A stretch of 63,851 nucleotides of DNA, filler included, from Octopus bimaculoides (GCF_001194135.2; 6 parts of 6 records of this genome joined end to end with filler, not necessarily neighbours in it), one strand, 5' to 3'. Shown: positions 23,666 through 37,382, counted from the first letter of the whole stretch. Translations and numbers: made by a program. Notes: generated by a model not told the origin, from the letters alone.

Positions 23666-23892
23666 TAATTTATTTCTTTACTGCCCACAGAGAGTTAAAC
23701 ATAGAGGGGACAAACAAGGGGATTAAGTCGATTACATCGACCCCAGCGCGTAACTGGTACTTATTTAATCGACCCCGAAAGAATGAAAGGCAAAGTCGAC
23801 CTCAGCGGAATTTGAACTCAAAACGTAACGGCAGACGAAGTACTGCTAAGCATTTCACACAGCGTTCTAACGTTTCTTCCAGCTCACCTCCT
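23665..23892 (-). mobile_element. SINE family B variant with a LINE-type 3' tail (copy 3)
   Basis: Body matches family B, but the tail reads TGTTTGTCCCCTCTATGTTTAACTCTCTGTGGGCAGTAAAGAAATAA, matching the LINE-like 3' end at 58993-59034. Confidence 0.88.
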
Positions 23893-24472
23893 TAATAATA
23901 ATAATAATAATAATAATAATANNNNNNNNNNNNNNNNNNNNNNNNNNNNNNNNNNNNNNNNNNNNTTAATTAATTAANNNNNNNNNNNNNNNNNNNNNNN
24001 NNNNNNNNNNNNNNNNNNNNNTATATATGAATAAGTATACACACACATAAGCTCCACTCAACCCACAAGCCCAACCATCACCACCACCACCACCACCATA
24101 CAGATATTTACGAACATCAGATACAAATTATATTATAGCAGAAGTTTCACTTTTCTTCTGGTAATAACCATCTATTTTATACTTACGCCCAAAACACAAC
24201 ATAACTGAAACTTTTTGTCTGCTACAAAAGTACAAAGCACTAGTTTTAATTGAAAGTAAGTGTTTTTTCTTCTATAATTATTTTACACATATTATTTTTT
24301 TTTATATTCCCTGTGTGAAGATTTTATCTTTCCTAAAATATAAAAATTTGTTCGATAATTGTTAAAAATGTTTCCACATTATAGTTTTGACCAGTAGAAA
24401 GTCTTTACCACGAAAACACCGTTCACTTTGTGAATAAAAATTGGTCTAAGAAATTAATATTTCATCACTTAC

Positions 24473-24528
24473 CCCTTCATCATGTTCTTGTTGTTTTGGT
24501 TGGTATTTTGTCCCTGCTTTAGTCACAG
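24473..24528 (-). CDS. Weak candidate 56-nt internal exon (xVTKAGTKYQPKQQEHDEG)
   Basis: Acceptor TTTTTTTCAAATAG and donor GGG|GTAAGT; one open frame. No homology recognised. Confidence 0.2.
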
Positions 24529-25399
24529 CTATTTGAAAAAAACTGTTTCCAGTTTTCTACCCGGAATATATCTCAATTATTCTGGCATTATTTCCACTTT
24601 CAATTTTTTTTAAAATTTTCTCTTCCTAGTTTTTCCTCATCCCAAACTGAGTGCCAGGAGTGAGTAAAGTCCAGGGTACACGACTTTCCTAGCTAGCAGA
24701 TCATCTAAGGTAATAATTACTCAATGAGAGGTACTCAGCTTACTATTCATCTGGCGGACGTGCCTTAGTTATATGAGAGTTACGCTGTTGTTTGTGAATC
24801 ACAAATTAGCCCACCGAAGGTGTTAATTGAAAATATAAGACAACCACACACACACACACACAAAGACATACATATATGCATGTATTTTTATATATACGTA
24901 TACATGTATATACATATATGTAGGTATATATTTATATACATATATTTACATATATATGTATATAAATACATATACATAGAGAGAGATGGAGAGAGGTGTA
25001 TAATTATATATATATATATATATATATNNNNNNNNNNNNNNNNNNNNNNNNNNNNNNNNNNNNNNNNNNNNNNNNNNNNNNNNNNNNNNNNNNNNNNNNN
25101 NNNNNNNNNNNNNNNNNNNNNNNNNNNNNNNNNNNNNNNNNNNNNNNNNNNNNNNNNNNNNNNNNNNNNNNNNNNNNNNNNNNNNNNNNNNNNNNNNNNN
25201 NNNNNNNNNNNNNNNNNNNNNNNNNNNNNNNNNNNNNNNNNNNNNNNNNNNNNNNNNNNNNNNNNNNNNNNNNNNNNNNNNNNNNNNNNNNNNNNNNNNN
25301 NNNNNNNNNNNNNNNNNNNNNNNNNNNNNNNNNNNNNNNNNNNNNNATGTTTCTTTTTTTTTTTCTGAGGCTCTAACGATTCCACCAATCCATCACTTA

Positions 25400-25638
<239 letters not shown>

Positions 25639-26066
25639 TAACAATGAGAAGAAAAAGGATGAGTGGAAAGAGTATATTAATACGTAATACAAGTAATGCG
25701 GTTATTAAATATCGTAATGAGAGGAAGGCGTTAGAAAGGCTAATATTTATTACAGCAATATTATATAGATACGTAAGACAATAAAGAATTGATTAGGATA
25801 TTGTACGTTCATTGAATTTGGAACAAAAGATGATATTGTTTAACGAGGTATCTTTCGGAAAAATAGAAAACATAGCAACAAGAAGGATCCTTTGTTCGAT
25901 ACACTCGCAGACACTATTGTCTAATGGATGGGAAACAGTGTGGAAGAAAACGGCAGTTTTGAGGGAAGTATTTTCCATGAATTTCCACAGTGCACTTCAT
26001 CAGACTATTTATGAGTGTGTCTGTTGCGTGGACGTATATACATATGTACACATACACACACACACA

Positions 26067-26114
<48 letters not shown>

Positions 26115-26135
26115 CATATATATATAGATAGATAA

Positions 26136-26191
<56 letters not shown>

Positions 26192-27934
26192 ATAAGAAAC
26201 ATTTTACTCGCAGATATAACTAAATAGCGTATTCATTACACAGTACGACGTTGGTTCTATNNNNNNNNNNNNNNNNNNNNNNNNNNNNNNNNNNNNNNNN
26301 NNNNNNNNNNNNNNNNNNNNNNNNNNNNNNNNNNNNNNNNNNNNNNNNNNNNNNNNNNNNNNNNNNNNNNNNNNNNNNNNNNNNNNNNNNNNNNNNNNNN
26401 NNNNNNNNNNNNNNNNNNNNNNNNNNNNNNNNNNNNNNNNNNNNNNNNNNNATATATATATATATATATATATATATACCGCCAACAGGTGAGATCTAGA
26501 AATGGTCACTATAGAAAACAAGCCGTAGATCTCAAATGATTTGAACTTAAAATCCGAAATCTTTATCGAGTTTTAAGTCCGAAGGGTAAGGAATTGCCGT
26601 TAGGAAAGTCCAAGTGAGCTGATATGGAGATAAACACGATTATCAGACTTAATAGTGTTTATCTGCATCGCTATCTTTCTTTCTCTCTCTGTCCATATAC
26701 ACATACATAGATATATATACATTTACATATATATATATGAAATGTCTTGTTGTGTAATGCAGAGCAGAAAGAAAATAATCATATGTTGAGTTATTAGAAG
26801 AAAGAGGTAGTGTGACGTTTAAGTAAACTCTATGACTTAGTGTGCGAGACTACGAATGTAATTTCAGTCTGAGAATGGTAATCGAAGGAGCTCTAGTTTG
26901 AAATAGTCACTAAGATCGACTTGACGACCTCTACCTCTGCCCATAACTAACAACCTTGTTCTACGTGGTAGTGAGTGGTCGAAGCAAATCGATATTAAAC
27001 CTTCTGGTAAAGATAGATTTCCTGTTTAACTTTATGCCACAAATGGCGGAGTAGTTAAATATCTATGACGTCATATGTTTTCCAGTTTGCCAAGCCACCC
27101 ACAGTCAAATGTTCATTCGCTGAGATAATTGAAAAAGAGAGAAAAAAGAAGAAAAAAAAAACTGAAGAAAAATAAAAAGAAGAGGAGATTCAAATTTGAA
27201 ACTTTTTCTTGCCAATGGCAGGAGGAACGGTTGTGATTTCTTTCTACGATATTTTCACTCTAATATTTTCTACCGTCAAGAGATTCACTCGATATACAAT
27301 ATTAAAGAGCGTGCCAGCTTCTCTATCTTATTTCTATTATTATCACGTGTATAAATATTTAATGTAGATGTCTCAAAATAGTTGCGTCTAAATAGTAAGA
27401 ACCGAGCATCTTAACGCTAGTGATAAGCTATTCTAAAGTAAAAGCTTCAAACATGTCTTAGTTTCCACATTGTTCTATCAAGCTACACCCTCTCCACCAA
27501 TAGCATTGTGAAGTGGTATTGACGTCACGTTTCGGAATAATTTTTATCCACCAAATACAATATAGTTGTTGAATGATTCAAGAACTCATCTGAGAACAGT
27601 ATTACAAATATTTGAACCTGTTGATCGAACTGGTGAACTTGAGTATATATTAAGTAAATGTTTTATTTCCTGCCCAGTAGGATAAACTCACTCTCACTGC
27701 CACCACCAAATTAAAACATCGTTGATCTAAAGGGAGCTTCTATGTAGTCGTGCTATCTGTTAAAAACAACTGCTAAATCTCAACTTTTTTGTTATTTAGA
27801 GACTCAAGAAAACAACATATCAACTGGTGATTCCCAAGATATTTTAATTCTAATAAAGAATCAAAATGCTTATCATTGGTTAGATTCTGCCTATAGTCAC
27901 ACGTGACTGCGATCCAAACAAACTACAGACCAAG

Positions 27935-28130
27935 TTGGCAGAAACGTTAGCACGCCGGACGAAATGCTTAGCGGTATATCGTCTGTCTTTACGTGCAAAT
28001 TCCGCCAAGGTCGACTTTGCCTTTCATCCATTTAGGTTCGACAAATTAAGTACCAGTTGCGTACTGAGTTCGATCTAATCGACTGGCCCCCTCCCCCAAA
28101 ATTTCATGCTTCTACCTAGAGTAGAAACGG
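27935..28130 (+). mobile_element. SINE family B
   Basis: TGGCAGAAACGTTAGCACGCCGGACGAAATGCTTAGCGG...GGTCGACTTTGCCTTTCATCC. Confidence 0.9.
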
Positions 28131-28828
28131 ATATATACTCATGCTTAGTAAGGTAATAATACGTGGCGAAAATTTCAGTGAGAGTTCATTTCTTATTTTC
28201 AAAGAACGCGTTTGTAGACTTCATCATCTCGCATCCTGTATCTTATGACATCCACCTGTGGACAGGTGTGGGTCACAAAATAAGCACTTGCCATCACGCC
28301 TATTCCTCGGTGCCATTATTAGGGTCCTCCACCTACATACTCATGACTCCTTATCGATGAGACACAAATTAAAACGCACATCAATCATGGTCTCTTACAA
28401 CTGTTATTTATGTATTGACTGTGTTATGTCTTTTTTTTTCCATTTTCGAGAAGAAAATTAAGTCACATTTTTCATTGACCGATAAAATCGTCGTGGTTCA
28501 TATATCACTCTCATGCATATTTATTTTTAGAGCGGACCGAGACGTGTGCGATAAATTATGTAAACCTTCAAAATATTTGTCTGCCCTAAATCTCCTCCAT
28601 AGCTTTTGAGTATCCTTGGTGACGCCAAGGAATTTATGAATGCTTGTATTCAACATTCTGCTTAACTTCGATCAAATTCTATCCGTTCTCCAACATGTTC
28701 CTAATTCTTGTTCTAAGAATGGAAACGCTTGTACTTCTCAAGCAATAAACACCAACACAACCACCACTACCCCCAACATCACCACCAACACCAACACCAA
28801 CAAAAACAACATCTACGATATCACCAAC

Positions 28829-28883
<55 letters not shown>

Positions 28884-30688
28884 ATAATAATAATAATGAA
28901 GATGATGGTAATGATAATGGTAATGATATATGCATTTGGTGTTTGTAGGTAATATTTTCGGCAGAAACAATAAGAATCTAAAATAGAAGAATTGAATTCC
29001 ACTTAAAATAACATAAAATATAACAAAAATAACTAAACAAAACTAAAAGGAAAAAAAAAGATATTTGGCTACAATTAGATTAGTTTTGCATTCTTATTAT
29101 ATATGAGGAAATTTTCTTATTGGTTGGGGGTGGGGGTGGGGCATCACGGTTTTAGGTATTTATTTCTGTTGGTTTTTTTTTATGTACNNNNNNNNNNNNN
29201 NNNNNNNNNNNNNNNNNNNNNNNNNNNNNNNNNNNNNNNNNNNNNNNNNNNNNNNNNNNNNNNNNNNNNNNNNNNNNNNNNNNNNNNNNNNNNNNNNNNN
29301 NNNNNNNNNNNNNNNNNNNNNNNNNNNNNNNNNNNNNNNNNNNNNNNNNNNNNNNNNNNNNNNNNNNNNNNNNNNNNNNNNNNNNNNNNNNNNNNNNNNN
29401 NNNNNNNNNNNNNNNNNNNNNNNNNNNNNNNNNNNNNNNNNNNNNNNNNNNNNNNNNNNNNNNNNNNNNNNNNNNNNNNNNNNNNNNNNNNNNNNNNNNN
29501 NNNNNNNNNNNNNNNNNNNNNNNNNNNNNNNNNNNNNNNNNNNNNNNNNNNNNNNNNNNNNNNNNNNNNNNNNNNNNNNNNNNNNNNNNNNNNNNNNNNN
29601 NNNNNNNNNNNNNNNNNNNNNNNNNNNNNNNNNNNNNNNNNNNNNNNNNNNNNNNNNNNNNNNNNNNNNNNNNNNNNNNNNNNNNNNNNNNNNNNNNNNN
29701 NNNNNNNNNNNNNNNNNNNNNNNNNNNNNNNNNNNNNNNNNATATATATATATATACACAGAGACAGACAGACTGACAGACAGAAAGAGAAAGACAAAGA
29801 TTGAAAGATATAGAGACAGAATCAAATAGAGGACGATAGTAAAAGACAGAAATAAAGGGAGGAAGATAGGAACAGAGATGAAGCGAGAGACACAGAAACA
29901 TAGACAGAGCAAGAAAGGACAAAATGTTGGAAGGTCAAATAGAAGAGAATAGAAGAGGAAATCGGATTATGAGACCGAGTAATTAGAATTATAGAAAAAA
30001 AAAACTTATATGAAGACATATAACAACAACAATAACAAAAATACTAAAGAAAGAAAATGGAAGAATTAAAACAAAAGGAAATGGAGATAGAAACTCTAAT
30101 TTGTTAGCGTGTTTAAGAAAATATAAATAATATAGACAATGGGTTCGTTAATTTTTGTTTTGTTTCAATAATATGGTTGAACTGGCAGACGCTGATATAA
30201 AAACAGGGCCATGAAGAGACTGTTTAAGGGGAATATATATATATATATATATATATATANNNNNNNNNNNNNNNNNNNNNNNNNNNNNNNNNNNNNNNAT
30301 ATATACATACATATATATTATTTGTGATTGTTCCCGATCTAATGTTAATTGTCATTGCAAAAATTTTCTGATGTTCTTATTGTTGTAGAATTTAGTTGCA
30401 GCTTCAGTGTCTATCGTTTACTCTCTCTAGTCATCAACAACTTGATAGCAACGGTTATACTGCTTCTTAATGAGGTCTCATGCGACTGGAACATATCGCT
30501 AAAGTTGTCATTTACCATAACGACAAAAGATCTCTAATTTTCGCTGCATTTTATATTTAAATCACTTTACGCAATTTCTACTATAGTGTTGTCTCCCTTG
30601 CCTCTCTTACCCAGAATTAATCATAAATGTATTGATTGGTTTTTCATCATTGTTGTTATAAATTAAAAGACATTGCCACGAAATTATG

Positions 30689-31040
30689 TATTGGGTTGGC
30701 AACTAAGTTCCTGCCGTTTTTTTTAAATTTAAATTTTTTAAATGGGTTAATAACAAATAACAAATAATTAATCAATAATGTACTCACCCTTATTGTTTAC
30801 AACTTGTTCCCAACGTTCAACACGATTTTCAATACGTTGTTGGTAGAAATCATCCGATTTCGACTCGAAAAATTGATCCAACCACGATCCCAATTCTGCA
30901 TCAGTATTGAACGAAATTCTGCGCTTAGCACTTGAAAGAGATCGAAAGAGGTGGAAATTCGTTGGTGCCAAATGAGAAGAGTACGGCGGGTGTAGCATGA
31001 CTTCCCAGCCATGCGTTTGAATGGCTTCCTTGGTCATATT
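30689..31040 (-). mobile_element. mariner (DD34D-type) 3' fragment
   Basis: GWEVMLHPPYSSHLAPTNFHLFRSL...RWEQVVNNKGEYIID*, with TIR TATTGGGTTGGCAACTAAGTTCCTGCCG at 30689. Confidence 0.92.
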
Positions 31041-31149
31041 GGCGATCGAGCTTACGTGTACAAGGATTTGATCGGATACGTTTGTCTATGGTACCGTTTA
31101 GTGAGATTGAACTAGAAGCCTCGACGTTGCGAAACCACGTGGATCATAC

Positions 31150-31640
31150 TGATCTCTTCATAGTAAATTCCCATCAGAGAAATTTATATATTCTTTCCTG
31201 AGAGAAGAGATTCACAAGACCGTACATTTAGTGAAATAAATGGACGTCAGCATGAAGAGTGAATGATTACAGGCAGGTCTGATGCCTTGTTTGATGTAGG
31301 AATTGGATAAAATAGACAGAGATGCTTGGAAACATCTAGAGATACCTGACGACAGATCGTAGAACTATTTCCCTGCGGCAGTTTCTAAGTTTCCATCGTT
31401 AGTGATATTACGACCACGGTGCACGAAGGAGATAAGGATCTTCATAATCTTGCCCTCCAGCAAGAATTGTTTCTATTGTGTCTCAACCATAATCGTCATT
31501 TGGGTTTTTTTCATCGCTGATATGAAAACTAGCCCTTCAGATGTTGCTGTAACTGGGATTCAGTCCTTGGTTTACCATACGTAAGGCACTAAGGAAACCT
31601 AGATCGTTAGTGAAGTCAAGCTTTTTGTATTTTCCTTTTC
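31150..31640 (-). mobile_element. Degenerate RTE-like LINE reverse-transcriptase fragment
   Basis: LDFTNDLGFLS (degenerate FADD motif), ISDEKTQ, and LEG...SFVHRGRNITNDG (cf. SFVYLGSNITNDG). Confidence 0.65.
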
Positions 31641-32941
31641 CCCATTTGATGCTCGTATACTGGACCCCTCAGATCCTTATAATACAATCCAACACCAGTA
31701 TGAACAAGAATGGTTCCAGTACACACACACGATGTCGAAGCTTATAAAGATAGCATTTTAGTTTCTGATGCATCATAGTGTCCGCCGAAGTGGTGGTCGC
31801 TTAGGGGACCAAATGAAAGATGAATGTGGGACGAAAGCATTTGGAAACAAAATAGTGAATAGATTTACCGCAATAAGTGTAAGGAAAGGAGTTGTAGAAG
31901 AGACAAAACGATGGGGTTCGAGAGGAAATGACAAAGTACAGAATCGTTAAGGAGTTGATAGTATCTAAAAGTGGTTCATGTCTCCAATTTAAGTGTGAGG
32001 ATAGACAGAAGTTGATAACAAGCGAGGATGACAGGAAGACTCATCGTTAAAAGCTATTTACATTGATTCCGTCTCCATAGATTATGTGAAGACAGAACCT
32101 TCCCTGGTAATAACGATGGCCTGTTGAAACTTAGCAAACATGTTATTTGAACGGTTGAAATGAGATCGTTGTTATGTAAATGGATTTCGTGTTCGTAAAC
32201 TAAGCCTGCAGAACGCCTAAATAGTAATCAAACTAAATTGTAATACTCTGAAGCTAAAAGGAATGTGTCTTTTCGCCAATATTTTACGTTAACAAACTGT
32301 AACTCTGTATAATATGTACTTAAAACTATAGAATCTGATTCAAATAGGGTTTAAATGAATTAGCTAGGATTGTTTATGGCCTAAGATCAGCCTATATAGA
32401 ATGGCATAAATAGCAACTGTCTTCGTATATTCTCTGTCATTTCTTAAGCGAACGATTAGGACTAGGATAACTTGTTGCTACTTCTAGCAGGCCGATCTAG
32501 CACATAAACAGCGGAAGTGATGAAACACAAACCAGACAGTGAAGTATCATCACACGATTTTATTTCAAGTTTTTGTAAATTACAGTCTGTAAACTGTAAC
32601 AAAATGGACGACATTCCGTTGTTATTTATTACATCACAGACGAGATTTGAAGTGCAGACTGCGCTGTAATGTTTATATTTATTACTGTTGGTGAGTTATG
32701 TTGCTTTGGGGTGTGAACATTGCGTAGGTAATCATATCAGAAGTGGAAATATCACACTGCTATGTATATTGCGGTAATTATTAAAGTTGTTGTGTAGCCA
32801 CATTTCAGCCATAAACATATACCATGCTCGTTGCCGCTCGTATAACTGTGATTGATATCACCGCTTGAGACTTACCACTAACTAGCTGTGCTATGAACTG
32901 TTAGAAGTCTCCACAGAAATTATTTCAAAATGAATTGATAT

Positions 32942-33287
32942 AGGTGCAGGTGTGGCATCTTGGACAAATGCGTTCCGCTATAGCCTCGGGACGACTCAAA
33001 GCCTTGTAAGTGGATCTGGTGGACTGAAACTGAAAAAAGCTCGTGGTATATGTATTATTATATGTGTGTGAGTCTTTGTATCTATGTTTGTCCCACTAAA
33101 CCGCTTGGAAACCGGTGTCGGTATGTTTACGTCCCTGTAACATAGCGGTTCAGCAAAAGAGAATGACAGAATAAGTACAAGGCTTTTAAAAAAATAAGTC
33201 CTAGGGTCTATTTGTTCGACTAAAACCCTTCAAAGCAGTGCACCAGCATGGCCGCAGTGAAAAATTACTGAAACAAATAAAAGATAA
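32942..33287 (+). mobile_element. SINE family A with deleted head segment
   Basis: CORE-like part, 3' domain and TAAAAGA tail are present. Confidence 0.85.
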
Positions 33288-33337
33288 AAGATAGTATACC
33301 TGGTATACCTGATAGTATACCTGATAGTATACCTGGT
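33285..33337. repeat. Short tandem repeat of ~12-bp ATAGTATACCTG
   Basis: About 4 copies directly after the SINE tail. Confidence 0.85.
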
Positions 33338-33432
33338 ACATGGTCCCAGGCTTTGACATTTTAGAAAGGAAAATGAGATACAAATTAGACAGACGTGTTT
33401 AACCATTTCTCAGTAACCTTTGTCTTCTACAG

Positions 33433-33765
33433 GTTCCAGGTAGAAGCTGGGGCCAGGCAGCAGCATCGCCTTTCAGTGTGTATGGCTTTCTTTCCTCGAC
33501 AGCTTCTGGTGAAAGTAACGAGTTGGATGGAGCTGCACTCTCTTCTCCCTCCTGCCACGACGTGGGGTTCCTCTCAAAATATCAGATCAAAAATTTGGCC
33601 AGACGCTCTTTGACAACCTCAACACCTACACCTCGCAAATCTCAGGGGCTGTTTAGCAGAATGCTGAACAGTTGTGGAACTTTTGAAACCCGAGCTGTAA
33701 CGGAACTGCGTCCTATGTACACAACATATATAAGTGCTAGCTACAAATATCACTGCACAAGATGA
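33433..33765 (+). CDS. Candidate stop-containing coding exon of an unidentified host gene (110 aa)
   Basis: Branch-like GTAAC + TTTGTCTTCTACAG acceptor, then phase-0 open frame VPGRSWGQAAASPFSVYGFLSST...DVGFLSKYQIKNLARRSLTTSTPTPRKSQGLFSRMLNSCGTFETRAVTELRPMY...CTR*. GC-richer non-repeat island with no TE motif. Confidence 0.55.
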   Translation, partial: VPGRSWGQAAASPFSVYGFLSSTASGESNELDGAALSSPSCHDVGFLSKYQIKNLARRSLTTSTPTPRKSQGLFSRMLNSCGTFETRAVTELRPMYTTYISASYKYHCTR

Positions 33766-34369
33766 GAATAAGATGGCATTTAAATACGGAACTATCTAAG
33801 TCTCTATTCTTCTAAGTAGCCACTGCATATTTTGAATTTGCCTGATATAAGATCAAAAGAAACATCTAAACATTCAGAGAAATGGTGAATTTGCAATGTC
33901 TTCTAAAGAAGGCTGATTTTATATATATATATATATNNNNNNNNNNNNNNNNNNNNNNNNNNNNNNNNNNNNNNNNNNNNNNNNNNNNNNNNNNNNNNNN
34001 NNNNNNNNNNNNNNNNNNNNNNNNNNNNNNNNNNNNNNNNNNNNNNNNNNNNNNNNNNNNNNNNNNNNNNNNNNNNNNNNNNNNNNNNNNNNNNNNNNNN
34101 NNNNNNNNNNNNNNNNNNNNNNNNNNNNNNNNNNNNNNNNNNNNNNNNNNNNNNNNNNNNNNNNNNNNNNNNNNNNNNNNNNNNNNNNNNNNNNNNNNNN
34201 NNNNNNNNNNNNNNNNNNNNNNNNNNNNNNNNNNNNNNNNNNNNNNNNNNNNNNNNNNNNNNNNNNNNNNNNNNNNNNNNNNNNNNNNNNNNNNNNNNNN
34301 NNNNNNNNNNNNNNNNNNNNNNNNNNNNNNNNNNNNNNNNNNNNNNNNNNNNNNNNNNNNNNAATACAC

Positions 34370-34400
<31 letters not shown>

Positions 34401-34950
34401 AAACAGATATACACGTGTGCACACACACAGCACGCACACAGAGCACGCATTCAGACGCGTATTCACTGTGTTCCGTTAAGGACGCCATCCTGTAACAGAA
34501 AAGTACCGGATATTTAATGTACCCAATATTCAAAATAACAGCTACTAATGGATATTTACCATAGAAATATTGTGATTTGCCAGATTTACATAATGCACCT
34601 TTTGTCTCCTAGCGATCATCACGTTCAGAGACCACGTGCTATGAGCCCATGGATCACTAGGAGACTCACATACTACAAATCTACTTAATCACAGTGCCTC
34701 CATGGCAAGAAACTGTTAGCAGCCCTCAGTTTAAACTCTCTCTATATATATCTTACATTATACTATATTGTATTATATTATGTTATATGATTTATTGTTT
34801 TCGAGTCACAATTAATCGTACGTAAGGACAAAAGCACGTATTTATAACCAATATTTAGTTGGGCCCACTTGTGTTCAGAATACAAAAGATTAATATATAT
34901 ATATGAGTGCATACAGTGTATGCATATATGTATGTATGTGTATGTGTGTA

Positions 34951-35007
<57 letters not shown>

Positions 35008-35283
35008 NNNNNNNNNNNNNNNNNNNNNNNNNNNNNNNNNNNNNNNNNNNNNNNNNNNNNNNNNNNNNNNNNNNNNNNNNNNNNNNNNNNNNNNNNNNNN
35101 NNNNNNNNNNNNNNNNNNNNNNNNNNNNNNNNNNNNNNNNNNNNNNNNNNNNNNNNNNNNNNNNNNNNNNNNNNNNNNNNNNNNNNNNNNNNNNNNNNNN
35201 NNNNNNNNNNNNNNNNNNNNNNNNNNNNNNNNNNNNNNNNNNNNNNNNNNNNNNNNNNNNNNNNNNNNNNNNNNNNNNNNNNN

Positions 35284-35339
<56 letters not shown>

Positions 35340-36779
35340 CATATATATGAAGTAGATTTATGGTCAATTATAACGGGACCAGATTGTTGGCACCGAATTA
35401 ATGGCTCACAATTGAAAGGAAGAATAATGAAGATGGTTCTATAGACTTTCAAGCATGGCTTAATGTCGATAGGATATTAAGTACTCTGTCTTTAGTACCG
35501 AATTGAATCTGATGAAGTGTGCATGCCACACACATATACACATACATACACACACACGCACACACAAAGAGGCTCTCTATCTCTCTTTCTCACACGCGTG
35601 TGTGTGCATGCATTTATATATGTAAGTTTGTGTATATACGAATATAAATTTTGTAAATGAGACAACTATTTGCTTTTAAAATTCTTATTAAAAACTAAAT
35701 ATTTTACTATAAAGGACAAATAATCCCCAGTATTAATTAATGATATTGTTTAATTTTATTAAAATGGGTATTAGATTCGGTAGGCTGTTCAACGATAAAT
35801 TCGCTATTTCACCAAGTTCCAGTAAGATATCGAATCACAGCAATTGTAAGTCCACTCAATATTCAATTTTTTCGAAGGTGGAGAAAACATAGTCTAGGAA
35901 ATACTTTCCATTCCTCTTGTTCTGTCACACGATACAGTCATCGGATTACGAAGGGTTTAATCATATAAATTGACGCAATTATTCATTTTAAAGCCTTGTA
36001 ATTATTCCATGCGCCCCTCCTTTGTCTCACAGCTGAGTCAAAGGAACGTCACTAAACCAATGCTGAAATAGTAGACACACACATGCATGCATACACACAT
36101 ACATACATATATACGTGCGTATGTGTGTGTATAAGGAGGGTTTCCCCCGAAGTTTTGGCCTATTAAACTCGTTCAGGAGGTTTTGGCTGATCCCGAGCTA
36201 TAGTAGAAAAAAACTGTTAAAAACACCCCTTTTGTGTTTAAATGTACATTAACTTTATATGAAAAATATGTTGTCTATTGACTATTTTATACATGCTAGC
36301 CACTGGTAGGAAAATTTCTATAATTTTTCCTGCCCTGTATATTTTCTTTATGTGATTTTAGCCATTTTTTAAGTAAGTCGACATTTTTACTCACTGTCGA
36401 CTAAAACTGCGCTTGCGCGGTGGATTTGAAAAATTATAATATATAAAGATGAGACGTGTGCTATTTTTTCTCTTAATTATATATTAAATTTTGGCGCTCC
36501 CGCTGAAGAGAACTTCGCCTGGCAAATTGTTTTATTTGTTATCTAAAGTTCGAAATCTAGGTACGGGAAGTAAATATTGTAAATGTTTTTATTTTTCATT
36601 CCCGAAATTGCTCTTCGAATGGAACCATATATAAATACAGACAATCCTCGTAACCCCACCTAAAGTTAGAACCCACCAGCACACCTACCAAACATCCATC
36701 CTTTGCAAAGCGAAGAATACCATTCTCTTCTTGGTCTCTGTTTAGGGATTAAAAAAAATAAAACATACTTCAGTATCCA

Positions 36780-36935
36780 GGTGGTCGTGGGGTAAGTAGC
36801 TTGATTACCAAAGACACGGTCCCCGGCTCAGTCCCACCGCGTGGCACTTTTATCAAGTGTCTTCTACTATAGCTTTGGACCGACCAAAAGGCTTTGAGTG
36901 GATTTGGTAGCCGGAAACTGAAAGAAGTCCGTCGT
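36780..36935 (+). mobile_element. SINE family A, 5' half
   Basis: tRNA-like head + AAGTGTCTTCTACTATAGC...GGATTTGGTAG. Confidence 0.85.
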
Positions 36936-37143
36936 ATATATTCTCCCTATTGTGTATAAACAACCGTTAGGTATTGCACTAATCACAGACATCAGCCATT
37001 TCTTTTGCACTACACGTGATTGTCCTACAACGTTTTAACCGGGATGGAAACATCATCAACCGCGCTGGAAATGAGTACAAAGACCTTTGATATTGACACT
37101 TCCAGGCGAAACTAACTGAAAATATTTCACTCTTTATGCGTGT

Positions 37144-37178
<35 letters not shown>

Positions 37179-37382
37179 TTTCTGTTTGTGCGTGTCTGAG
37201 TGTGTACGTGTATGTGTATGTGTATGCGTGCGTGTCTGTGATGTGCGTTTGTGTGTGTTTGTCAATGTAGTTATGAATGAATGTGCTGCTAAAAGAACGT
37301 CTGGTGTGTGTGTGTAAGCATTAACGACTCACAGATTGCAAAGGCGGTGTCTAATGTTGGAGCGAGTACATTCCCTACCATT

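Noticed and set aside
25975-26003. Minus-strand CTGATGAAGTGCACTGTGGAAA, hammerhead-like
   Set aside because: Stem II cannot close (G opposite G) and there is no convincing stem I or III; at best a decayed copy.
35509-35530. CTGATGA-A-GTG...CAC, resembling a hammerhead 5' half
   Set aside because: No GAAA or stem III follows; runs into (CA)n.
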